Shown in pieces: positions 30,758-40,600 of a DNA stretch of 64,000 nucleotides. The stretch spans positions 171,488-235,487 of the forward strand of contig CAVXVF010000003.1 in the NCBI GenBank assembly GCA_963765045.1, read 5' to 3'. The stretch comes from Blastocatellia bacterium. Lineage in GTDB: Bacteria; Acidobacteriota; Blastocatellia; Pyrinomonadales; Pyrinomonadaceae. Below the pieces are notes generated by a model that was not told the DNA's origin, ran no database searches, and was given only the letters and a program-made list of their open reading frames with translations. Positions within the stretch are counted from its first letter, which is position 1, and the number at the start of each line of letters is the position of its first letter. The position numbers and the translations under genes are program-made.

Positions 30758-31315
30758 ATGCATTGCCCAAAGTGTGGACAACAACAGGTATCAGACGAAA
30801 TTCGCTATTGTTCAAGGTGCGGATTTCTACTTTTAGGAATCGCAGAAGTTGTCGAGAATAACGGATTTCTTCCAGGTAGTACAAGTTCCGTTTCGACGGC
30901 AATATCGCCCCGAAAAAGAGGAGTGCGGCAGGGCGTTTTCATCTTCCTGCTGTCGTTTTTAATTGTCCCAGTTTTAGCTTTGTTGTCCGCGGTACTAAGC
31001 ACGGAGCCGGTTCTCGCAGTATTGGCGACTATCTTATTGGTTGCAGGCGGGTTCCTTCGAGCAGTTTATGCTTTGATGTTCGAATCCAAAGGTCCCGGCG
31101 GATCAACAACGGAAGAAAATTTGCTGGCCGCTACTCAAAACTTTCTCAAAACGAAGTCAAGGCCTGCTGAACTTCCCGCTGAAACTTCTATTCCCGCGGC
31201 AACATATGTCGCACCGGGCACTGGAAATTGGCGCGATTCCAACGATCTTGCACCTTCGGCAAGCGTCACTGACAGCACAACAAAACTTTTACAAAAAGAG
31301 CGTGAAAATCAATAA
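30758..31315 (+). CDS. Zinc-ribbon membrane protein (paralog 2)
   Basis: MHCPKCGQQQVSDEIRYCSRCGFLL with the same architecture. The tail ends SVTDSTTKLLQKEREN. Confidence 0.7.
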   Translation: MHCPKCGQQQVSDEIRYCSRCGFLLLGIAEVVENNGFLPGSTSSVSTAISPRKRGVRQGVFIFLLSFLIVPVLALLSAVLSTEPVLAVLATILLVAGGFLRAVYALMFESKGPGGSTTEENLLAATQNFLKTKSRPAELPAETSIPAATYVAPGTGNWRDSNDLAPSASVTDSTTKLLQKERENQ

Positions 31316-33045
31316 CCTATCGCCGCTCCGTCGCTTCGCGAATCGATCGCACCCAGCCGAACTCCGTCATTGTCGATCATAATACCCGTAGCCGACGCAA
31401 TGCTGCCCGGACGCGAAACAAATTTGTGCCCGTAACCGGAAAGGACATTCATCGTGTCTGCCGACAGGCCAAACTGCTCGTATGCTATCTCATCCGGAAG
31501 CCATTGGTGATGAATGCGCGGAGCATCGATCGCTTCCTGAATATCCATTCCGTAATCGATCACATTAATTACAGACTGCATCACCGCCGAGATGATCCGC
31601 GGTCCTCCACGCGCACCCAATGCAAACCAAACCGAGCCATCTTTTTTGAGAACTATCGTCGGCGTCATCGACGACAGTGGACGCTTGCCGCCCTGAACTT
31701 TATTGCGTTCGCCCTGAATCAAGCCGAACAGATTTGCTTTGCCCGGCCGTGCGGCAAAGTCGTCCATTTCATCATTGAGAAGAACTCCCGTCCCTTTTGC
31801 GGTTACACGCGAGCCGTAAAGATCGTTGATGGTGTAGGTGTTCGTCACGACATTGCCGTCTCTATCAACGACCGTAAAATGCGTCGTCTCCGTTCCTTCC
31901 GTTCCTATTAATGTCCCGGGCTTTAATTCGCTGCTCGGCGTGGCGTGTTTGAGGTCAAGTTTCTCACGCAGTTTCGCGGCATAATCCTTGCGGACTAAAG
32001 CTCCCGTCGGTACATCCGCAAAGTCCGGGTCAGCCATGTATTCGGAACGGTCGGCAAATGCCCTCCGCGACGCCTCAGTATATAAATGAAGCTCAGCGGA
32101 CGAATTGTGGCCCATTGCCTTGAGGTCGTATGCCTCCAGAATGTTCAGCACTTGCAGCATTAATACTCCGCCCGAGCTGGGCGGCGGCATCGTTATGATC
32201 TCGTACCCACGGTAATTTCCGCGAAGCGGCTCGCGTTCCTTAGCGACATAGTTTTTCATGTCTTCGAGCGTGATCAGACCTCCATTGGCCTTCATATCGG
32301 CAGCGATCATCTGAGCGGTCTTGCCAGTGTAGAATTCCTTTGCTCCCTGCGTTTGAATCCGCCGAAGCGTTGCTCCTAGTTCGGGTTGTTTGAACAGATC
32401 GCCTTCTTTGTAAAAGTTGCCGTTGTTAAGAAATATCCGATTGCTGTCGGGGTATTTTGCGAGGTGTTCTTTATAGCCGACGAGCAGTTCCGCCAGTCGA
32501 TAACTCAGAACGTATCCATTCACGGCGAGACGGCGAGCAGGTTCGACAACATCGCTCCAGCTTACTTTTCCCGATCCGTATTTCTTGAACGCCAGATCAA
32601 AACCCGCCAACGTTCCCGGTACGCCCGAAGCCCGATATCCGACAGTTGAACCGCCTTCGCCTCGGATCAGATTGCCGTCCTTATCGACAAAAATATCGCG
32701 GTTCGCCGCCGCCGGGGCCATCTCGCGGTAATCGATCGCGAACGTCTTCCCGTCTTTACGACGAAGCAGCATAAAACCGCCGCCGCCGATGTTCCCGGCT
32801 TCCGGATAAACAACCGCAAGAGCCAGCCCGACCGCAACCGCCGCGTCCACGGCATTTCCGCCTTTTTTCAAAATGCTGACGCCGATCTTCGAAGCCAGCT
32901 CGTGCTGCGAAGCAACCATCGCATGACGGCCGCGAACCGGTGCCGGAGCCGAGCCGTAAACAATTGAATTGAGCAAAAGGCCCGGGCAAACGAGCGAGGC
33001 AAAAATCAGGAAAGCTGAGAACTTTCTTATTCGAATGATCTTCAT
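31309..33045 (-). CDS. ggt: Gamma-glutamyltranspeptidase
   Basis: Signal peptide; the TTHF autoprocessing site (GTETTHFTVVD); the GGPRIIS region. Confidence 0.92.
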   Translation of the reverse strand: MKIIRIRKFSAFLIFASLVCPGLLLNSIVYGSAPAPVRGRHAMVASQHELASKIGVSILKKGGNAVDAAVAVGLALAVVYPEAGNIGGGGFMLLRRKDGKTFAIDYREMAPAAANRDIFVDKDGNLIRGEGGSTVGYRASGVPGTLAGFDLAFKKYGSGKVSWSDVVEPARRLAVNGYVLSYRLAELLVGYKEHLAKYPDSNRIFLNNGNFYKEGDLFKQPELGATLRRIQTQGAKEFYTGKTAQMIAADMKANGGLITLEDMKNYVAKEREPLRGNYRGYEIITMPPPSSGGVLMLQVLNILEAYDLKAMGHNSSAELHLYTEASRRAFADRSEYMADPDFADVPTGALVRKDYAAKLREKLDLKHATPSSELKPGTLIGTEGTETTHFTVVDRDGNVVTNTYTINDLYGSRVTAKGTGVLLNDEMDDFAARPGKANLFGLIQGERNKVQGGKRPLSSMTPTIVLKKDGSVWFALGARGGPRIISAVMQSVINVIDYGMDIQEAIDAPRIHHQWLPDEIAYEQFGLSADTMNVLSGYGHKFVSRPGSIASATGIMIDNDGVRLGAIDSRSDGAAIGY

Positions 33046-33194
33046 GGACGAACTTTACCAAATTTATCGCCGGACTTTAAATCGTATAGAGGCGGTCGGC
33101 TTTCCAAATATCGTCAGAAAAGCTATATTCAGTTTTTCAGTCAGCCACATTTCTCGAAATATTTAGAAGATGATCGACGGCGACAGTTGCGGCA

Positions 33195-34502
33195 ATGTTT
33201 TTATCACGCCTTACACCGAAACAGTTGGTGCGAGCCTCGCGGAATTATTATGCGCGGCTTCGGCGGATCGTTTCTGAATATCGCTCTCTTACCTACCTTG
33301 CCATTTTAGGACCCGGAATAATCGCGGCAAATGCCGGAAACGACGCGAGCGGAATCGCGACCTATTCGAGCGCCGGTGCTGGATTCGGCTATTCCCTTCT
33401 CTGGGTATTTATTCCAATGACCGTCAGCCTTATTGTCGTGCAGGAAATGTGCGTCCGAATGGGCGTCGTTACGGGCCAGGGATTGGCCGATCTTATCCGT
33501 GAGCAATTCGGTGTGCGCTGGACGGCATTCGTCATGCTCGCATTATTGATAGCAAACACGGGCGTTATTATCTCCGAGTTCGTCGGCATTGCGCAGGCAT
33601 CTGAGCTGCTCGGCGTGTCGCGGTATATCGCAATCCCGCTTGCGGGCGGATTGATCTGGTGGCTGGTGGTAAAAGGATCGCAGAAGCGCGTGGAACGGGT
33701 TTTTCTGGCTATGTCACTCGTTTTCTTTTCGTACCTGATCTCCGCGTTTCTGGCAAAGCCGGAGTGGTCACAGGCTGCCGCCGGATTTGTAGAACCGACC
33801 TTTAGCCTCGAAACTGCTTATCTATTTACGGTAATGGCGCTGATCGGAACTACGATCACTCCATTTATGCAGGTTTTTGTGCAATCGTCCGTAGTCGAAA
33901 AAGGCATGGACAAGGACGATCTTTCGCTCGTCAGGGCGGACGTAATTGTCGGGACGATCTTCGCTTGCACTATTGCTGCGTCCATAATGATCGCGACTGC
34001 CGCTACGCTGCATTCACAGGGCATCCTGAAGATTGATTCCGCCGCCACGGCCGCCGAATCTCTCGCCCCAATCGCCGGCCAGTATGCAAAATATCTTTTT
34101 GCGGTCGGACTTTTTGGTGCCGCAATGCTCGCGATGGGCGTACTGCCACTTTCAACCGCATATTCGGTCAGCGAGGCTCTGGGGTTTGAAAAAGGACTGT
34201 CGCGATCATTTAGAGAGGCTCCGATCTTTCTCGGTATTTTTACGATTCTAATTCTAGTCGGCGGCCTGACCGCGATGATTCCCGGAATACCTCAGATCAA
34301 GCTGCTTCTATTTACGCAATGCGTAAACGGCCTCTTGCTGCCGATAATTCTCGGAGCTGTCGTAAAGCTCGCCAATAATGCCGAGATAATGGGCAAATAT
34401 AAGAACGGCCTTATATTCAATATATTTGCATGGACAATCACATTGACCGTTTCGGTGCTGTCTCTTTTATTGATTGGAAATACGATTGCTGATATGTTTT
34501 AG
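33195..34502 (+). CDS. mntH: NRAMP family divalent metal (Mn2+/Fe2+) transporter
   Basis: GPGIIAANAGNDASGI (DPGN-like motif), 11-12 TM segments, MPH-like region. Confidence 0.85.
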   Translation: MFLSRLTPKQLVRASRNYYARLRRIVSEYRSLTYLAILGPGIIAANAGNDASGIATYSSAGAGFGYSLLWVFIPMTVSLIVVQEMCVRMGVVTGQGLADLIREQFGVRWTAFVMLALLIANTGVIISEFVGIAQASELLGVSRYIAIPLAGGLIWWLVVKGSQKRVERVFLAMSLVFFSYLISAFLAKPEWSQAAAGFVEPTFSLETAYLFTVMALIGTTITPFMQVFVQSSVVEKGMDKDDLSLVRADVIVGTIFACTIAASIMIATAATLHSQGILKIDSAATAAESLAPIAGQYAKYLFAVGLFGAAMLAMGVLPLSTAYSVSEALGFEKGLSRSFREAPIFLGIFTILILVGGLTAMIPGIPQIKLLLFTQCVNGLLLPIILGAVVKLANNAEIMGKYKNGLIFNIFAWTITLTVSVLSLLLIGNTIADMF

Positions 34503-34514
34503 CACGAAGCACAT

Positions 34515-36029
34515 ATGGCCTTTTCCGATCTGTACAAAAAAGCAGTCTATTTCGTTATCTTCGCGGGGATTATCACGCTTGTCCTCATCCTTCTCCCGTT
34601 TGTCGAACAAGCGCTTCAGAATTACGTTTTGTCACAATTCGGTTTAGCGATCTCGCCGGAAGGCAATGTCGTCGGGACTGACGGCGAATCGCCGAGTATG
34701 ATGACCGCGACGTCGATCGGCCTCATAATCAACCTTTTTCATATCGCCAAGATTTTGTTGTGGATGGCCCTGATCATTTCGACCGTCCGATTCCTTAGTC
34801 ATCTTATTTTTAAGACCGCGTTAAGAAACTCAAGCCAGTCCGAAATCTCATCGCTCGTTAGGACGGTCGTTTCGATAGTCGTTTACATCGTAGCTTTCTT
34901 TATTATTTTTCAGTCGCAATACCCGAACGTACAGCTTGCGCCTCTTTTCACCGGATCAACCATAATCGGAATTGTCGTCGGTCTCGCTCTACAGGACACG
35001 CTCGGTAATTTATTTGCGGGGATTGCCTTGCAGGCCGATCAGGCTTTTCAGGTCGGCGATGTGATTTCGATATCGAATAGAATGGGCGGCGTCGTTGAAA
35101 ACGTATCCTGGCGTGGGGTTAAAATCCGTACTTTTCAAAACAAGTTGCTTGTCCTGAGCAATTCGGTGATGGGAAAAGAAACGATCGAGGTAGCTCCGCG
35201 CGACAATCTGAATGCGCGGCTCGTTATATTCCATACGATTTATACCGATTCCCCTTCGCGTACGATCCAGGCGGTGCGGGAAGCCGTGCGGCAAGTCGAA
35301 AATGTCTCGCCAAAGATTCGCCCAGTTGTCAGGATGATGAATCTCGGCGAAAGCGGTATTGATTGGGAAGTTAAATACTGGGCGGAGGATTATTCAAAGT
35401 TCAATGATACCGACGCCTTGATAAGACAGCGTATCTGGTATGTTTTTAACCGCGAAAAGATCGGTTTCCCATTCCCGACGCGAACAGTTCATATGGCGGC
35501 CGTGCCGGAAAAGGTAACGCTGGATGAATATCTTAACGCGACCTCCGAGCTGCTCAGTGAAATCCCTATATTCGCTCCGCTTTCCGAAGAAGAACTTGAA
35601 AAGCTCGCCGCCGCGTCAAAGGTCCGGATTTATGCTCCCGGTGAAGCGATCGTAAGACGCGGGCAGGAAGGAAACTCGATGTTCGTGATAACGCACGGGG
35701 CGGTTGAAGTTCAGATTCTGATCGCGGGAGAAGCAAAAACCATCAATACGCTTCGCAACAGCGATTACTTCGGCGAAATGAGTCTGCTTACCGGAGAGCC
35801 GCGGACCGCAACCGTCGTCGCCGTCGAAGAAACCGAGGTAATCCAGATAAATAAAACCGCTCTCAAACCAATTTTCGAGGCAAACCCCGAACTTGTTAAG
35901 TCGGTCTGCGACCTGATCGAAGAGCGTCGCTTGCTTCTAAGCACCGGCGTCGAGGAACAGGAAAAAGACGAAAAGAAACGCGACAAAGGCGTGCTCACTT
36001 CAATCCGAAACTTCTTCGGCCTCAAATAG
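34515..36029 (+). CDS. MscS-family mechanosensitive channel fused to a C-terminal cyclic-nucleotide-binding domain
   Basis: MscS core GNLFAGIALQADQAFQVGDVI. The cNMP domain is FGEMSLLTGEPRTATVVA. Confidence 0.85.
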   Translation: MAFSDLYKKAVYFVIFAGIITLVLILLPFVEQALQNYVLSQFGLAISPEGNVVGTDGESPSMMTATSIGLIINLFHIAKILLWMALIISTVRFLSHLIFKTALRNSSQSEISSLVRTVVSIVVYIVAFFIIFQSQYPNVQLAPLFTGSTIIGIVVGLALQDTLGNLFAGIALQADQAFQVGDVISISNRMGGVVENVSWRGVKIRTFQNKLLVLSNSVMGKETIEVAPRDNLNARLVIFHTIYTDSPSRTIQAVREAVRQVENVSPKIRPVVRMMNLGESGIDWEVKYWAEDYSKFNDTDALIRQRIWYVFNREKIGFPFPTRTVHMAAVPEKVTLDEYLNATSELLSEIPIFAPLSEEELEKLAAASKVRIYAPGEAIVRRGQEGNSMFVITHGAVEVQILIAGEAKTINTLRNSDYFGEMSLLTGEPRTATVVAVEETEVIQINKTALKPIFEANPELVKSVCDLIEERRLLLSTGVEEQEKDEKKRDKGVLTSIRNFFGLK

Positions 36030-36105
36030 TCAAAACCGCGAGCGGTAGCGACCGGCCTCCTAATTCTTTGCTCCTCCTTTTCTTTCTTCTTCCTCCTCCC
36101 CTTAC

Positions 36106-36131
36106 GTGGTTAAGATTTATTGTCGGATCAC
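36106..36131 (+). repeat. Degenerate copy of the 'gtggttaaga..ccgaccac' hairpin element
   Basis: gtggttaagatttattgtcggatcac. The first ~12 nt match the copies at 37491 and 49670; the rest has diverged. Confidence 0.4.
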
Positions 36132-36347
36132 AAAAATAAACCTGCAAACGATTTGACTTTTAAAAAATTGAGATTACTGTCTCACCAACTTCTGTAAAAC
36201 TAGAAAAGAATTTGTTTGTTTTCAGTCACGATTATGACTGTTGTTTCCCGCAACGAATCATTTTTTGAGTTCAGAAACGCTGGACGATTTGGCCTGTAAA
36301 GGCTCTAATCGTCGGCGTTTTTTATTTTTTGATACCAAAGGAACATT

Positions 36348-37448
36348 ATGTCCAAAAAGAAAAGAAATGAGCAGAGTCTGAACCCGGCCAACAAAAAGCT
36401 TTCGGCGACAAAAGCGAATAAAGCCCTAATCAAGATCGGGCTGATTGTCGGAATATTGTTGTTCGTATTGGTCGGATTTGGAGCGTTCGTGAGCCGGCAA
36501 AACTCGACTGAAAACATTGCGTCGAGTTCCGCCAATCCACCCGCGCCATTGCCGACTCCGCAATACGCGGCAAACGCTCCAGCCAAGGAATTTTTGTACG
36601 CAGGCAGCAAATTACTGGCCGTATCTGAACCAGTTCAGCCCGCTCCGAATGACCTTGCCGTATGGCGGCTTTCGACCGGAGAGTGGTTCGTAATGGGAGA
36701 ATCCGGAGGCATCACTCAGCAAGTCTGGGGGGTGTCTACTGACAAACCTGCACCCGGCGATTTCGACGGCGACGGCAAGACCGATTTCTGCGTATTCCGG
36801 CCAAGCGAAGGCAAATGGTACATCGTACAATCGGGTACGAATACCTCTAATACACTCACTTTCGGCGTAAACGGAGACATCCCTGTTCCTGCGGATTTCG
36901 ATGGCGACAGCCGTACCGATTTGGCACTGTACCGGCCGAGCAATCAGACCTGGTACATCAAGCACATGGCCTCCGGCAATATCGTGACTCGCCAATATGG
37001 GAATAGCACCGACAAACCGCTGCCGAGCGATTTTGACGGCGACGGCAAAGCCGATATCGCCCTTTGGCGAAACAGCAACGCAACCTGGTATGTCTGGAAG
37101 AGCAGCACCAACTCGGGATCGAGCCTTGTGTGGGGCGCGAGCGGCGATAAACCGGTGCCCGGAGATTTCGACGGTGACGGCAAGACCGATCATGCCGTTT
37201 GGAAAAGCACTAACCTTTGGAGCATCCGCCGCAGTTCGAACGGCACGACAATGACCGCTACATGGGGCTTCCAGGCAAGCGATATTTCCGTTCAGGGCGA
37301 TTATGACCGGGACGGCAAATCCGACGTCGCCGTCTGGCGTCCGTCAAACGGCACCTGGTACATCGTTAAATCGAGCAACGGAACTATTCGCACCCAGGTC
37401 TGGGGCCAAAACGGAGACATCCCCGTCCCGACGCCGTACCGAAGATAG
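36348..37448 (+). CDS. Membrane-anchored FG-GAP/VCBS-repeat (beta-propeller-like) protein
   Basis: N-terminal TM (IKIGLIVGILLFVLVGFGAFV), then about six or seven ~44-aa repeats of D-K-P-x-P-G-D-F-D-G-D-G-K-T-D-x-x-x-[WFY]-R-P-S-x-x-x-W-Y-[IV]. Confidence 0.8.
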   Translation: MSKKKRNEQSLNPANKKLSATKANKALIKIGLIVGILLFVLVGFGAFVSRQNSTENIASSSANPPAPLPTPQYAANAPAKEFLYAGSKLLAVSEPVQPAPNDLAVWRLSTGEWFVMGESGGITQQVWGVSTDKPAPGDFDGDGKTDFCVFRPSEGKWYIVQSGTNTSNTLTFGVNGDIPVPADFDGDSRTDLALYRPSNQTWYIKHMASGNIVTRQYGNSTDKPLPSDFDGDGKADIALWRNSNATWYVWKSSTNSGSSLVWGASGDKPVPGDFDGDGKTDHAVWKSTNLWSIRRSSNGTTMTATWGFQASDISVQGDYDRDGKSDVAVWRPSNGTWYIVKSSNGTIRTQVWGQNGDIPVPTPYRR

Positions 37449-37459
37449 CGTCGCGTTTG

Positions 37460-37536
37460 TTCCTCTTGTTCGTTCTTGTTCTTCTTCATAAGTGGTTAAG
37501 ACTTAAATCCGACCACGGAACAAGATGAACAAGACC
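37460..37536 (+). repeat. Long imperfect hairpin element with conserved core agtggttaagacttaaatccgaccacgga (37491-37519)
   Basis: Core stem gtggt/accac. The flanks (cttgttc-rich on the left, gaacaag-rich on the right) are mutually complementary. The 29-nt core matches 49670-49698 at 27/29 positions in the same orientation. Confidence 0.7.
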
Positions 37537-37606
37537 GTAAAAGAAACAGAAAGAAGTTAAAAAAATTGCTCGTGGCGAATTAACCACAGCAAAACATTAT
37601 CTCAAA

Positions 37607-40600
37607 ATGATCCCGGAGAAAACGACCATGACCCGATTCAATAAAGCCGCTGACCAAATCCTGAAAGTAAGAAGCATTCAAGTACCTTCCCGACAATTTT
37701 CAGCAATTTTGCTGTTATTTGCTGTGTTGATGCCGATCACCGCGCCGATACCCGCTTGGGCATACAACCTGAACTTGCCGCCGGCGGCTGTCGATGACGG
37801 ATTGCGGTTAACCGCTTCTGGAGAGCATTTTAAAAACTCAATCAGCGATTTTCTGTCGAAGCTGACGAGCGACCCTGCTGCGTTGGTTACGACATCCGCC
37901 GGTGAAAATATAGACAAGGAATCTACATATTCATCGACAGCGTTGGAAAAGCGAGTTGCGGACATAAAGACGGAATTACATGACGGAGAAGTGATAGAGG
38001 TTGGACAGAAGATTTCATTGGCCGCTCGACCGATAGACAAAAAAGGCCTAATTATAAATGGTATCGCCGCTGAGTGGAGCTGTACCAATTCAAAAGTGCT
38101 CCGCATTTTGAACGATTCGGAAGCCGTAGCTATCGCGGAAGGCGAAGCGAAGCTTGTCGTACGTTCGGGGAATGTCATCAGAGAAGTGAGATTTAAAGTC
38201 AACAAGAGAGCTAGAAACGGTGCGAGACCTGTATCGTCCATGCTTGAGCCGCCGGAAATGCCTGTCATTACCGAGCAGCAAGTCGAAAATCTCGTTACCC
38301 CGGAAAATAATCTTGGCAATCCAATTGGACAAACAGAAATGGGTTCGCGGTCCGCGTCAGCGGCACTAAGAACGCGGGAGCGGTTCGGAAGCTCGAATTT
38401 CAGTTTTGATATTCCGGCGGCATCGCTGCCAGGTCGGGGAATCGATGCCTCAGTCGGAATCACATACAACAGCCGCATATGGAATAAGGCGTCATTTGGC
38501 GGAACGGATGTCTATACTTTTAACACGGATGGGAGTTGGCTGGCTCCGGGCTTTGAGATGGGATTTGGCGAGTTGACTCCATACGGATCGGGTACCGTAA
38601 GTGGCTACATGCTTACAAGTCCTGACGGCTCGAGACATCAACTGATTTACAAACAGGCGTCGGGTCAATGTTCGATTTTTGAATCGGCTGATGGGACGTT
38701 TATCGAAACCACGATCTGTGGTATTTATACGACCTCAACCTTGAACGTTGTTTTTCCGGACGGGACACAGGTGATGTATGGTGCGTCTACCGCTTCCGGA
38801 AAACGTTTTCCAATCCGAATTACCGACCGCAACGGCAACATGCTTACCATTGCGTATGTGCAAAACGACACTCAAGGCAAGATTTCGTACATCCGCGATA
38901 CTTTGAACCGGTATATCAATTTCTACTACGACACGCCTGATAATAAGCTGGTGGCGATCACCGTTCCGGGTTTTGACGGCGGTGCCGAACGGCAAACGAT
39001 CAGGTTTTATTACGCTGACATGACTTTCAACTGGATCGGGCGATTTGACGGCACGGTAAATGCCCCGACCACCGTTAAGGTCCTGAAGTATGTATATTTC
39101 CCAGGCACGCAAACAGGTTTTAAATACGATTATTCGCCGTATTTCGGAATGATTCACAAAATCTGGCAAATGCGCGGAATGCTGGTGAGCAGCAACAGCA
39201 CAACCGATACCGGTACTGTTACAAGCGAAGGAACATGGGCCGCATGGACAAGTTACAATTACCCGACAACTCCAGTCCCGACTCTGACTGACGTTCCAAA
39301 ATACACTCAGCGGACCGATGATTGGCTGGGCCGAACGAGCGCCGTTCCACAGACAAATTTCTCAATCAGCGAAGACGTGACACCGGCGGGTTGCGATATA
39401 AGCACCGGAGCCTGCACTGGCACGCGAAACGTCACGGTTACGGCGCCGGACGGCACAAGAAGTATTTCGGTTTCGAAGATAAGACCTTCAATCGATTGGG
39501 AAAACGGTCTGTTGCAGGAAACCAGAATCGAGACCGGCGCGGTCGGGTCGGAAGTAGTTTGGTCTAAGACAAAGCTCTTTTGGGAACAAGGAGCGGGCAG
39601 CACATTGCCCGGTCGAGATAATCCTCGTCTGGACAAAATCGAGGTTACGAACGACGCCAACCAGACAAGAGCAACAACCTTCGATTACGACAATTACAAT
39701 AATCAAACCGTTGTACGGGAACATGATTTTGCCGCGCCAAATAGTGAAGGAACCGAACTAAGAAGAACCGAGACGACGTATGAGACAGGGCTAGGGTGGA
39801 CAAACAATCGGCTTCTTCGCCTGCCCAAAGAGATAAAGACGATCGTCGGCACGGCGACCGTTTCTAAGACCGCTTACGAATATGACAAGAACGGCGAAGC
39901 AGCGGAGACCGCACTCACTCCGAGGCTAGATATTTCCGCTAGCGTGCATGATATAAGATACGACCCCTCGGCGCCGTCGGGACAGCAGTGCGCTCCGCAA
40001 TGCGAGGAGCCGCATCGTTGTTGTTGGACGGTTCACGTTTATCAGGCTTATACGCGGTTTCGCGGAAACGTAACAAAGATCACGGCGTTTTCGGATGCGA
40101 CGCTGGCAAGTGACCCGAACGCTTCGGTTTCGACGGTGAAATATGACATCGCCGGAAACGTAACGGAATCATCGTCAAGCTGCTGCGAACTGAAAACAAC
40201 GCAGTATTCGAACACGAATCACTATGCCTATCCGATGTCCGAAACACGCAACGGGCAGGGATTATCGTTAACCACGAGCGCGACTTACGATGTGCCGACC
40301 GGTTTTGTAAAAACCGCGACGGATGAGAACAATCAGACATCCATGCTGACCTACGACCCTAACAATTTGCGAGTCATCAGAAGCGACGGTCCGGTTGGAA
40401 CGGGCATCTGGTCAACGACGGAGTATAATGATTCGGTGTTTCCTTATCATGTAAAAACGACAAGCAGTCTGGACGCGACGCGGAGTGTATCGGCGTGGAG
40501 TTTTTCAAACGGGCGCGGACAAGGGTTTAGAAGCCGGAGCCAGACAACGGGAGGATATCTTTCGAGCGAGGTCGAATTTGACGTAATGGGTCGTGCCGAG

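Noticed and set aside
33046-33194. Mn (yybP-ykoY) riboswitch upstream of mntH
   Set aside because: I could not find the conserved GGGGAGUAG-type core or the four-helix layout in the 150-nt leader.
36612-37193. 193-aa minus-strand ORF
   Set aside because: It is antisense to the highly regular FG-GAP/VCBS repeat gene; the repeat periodicity keeps the opposite frame open.
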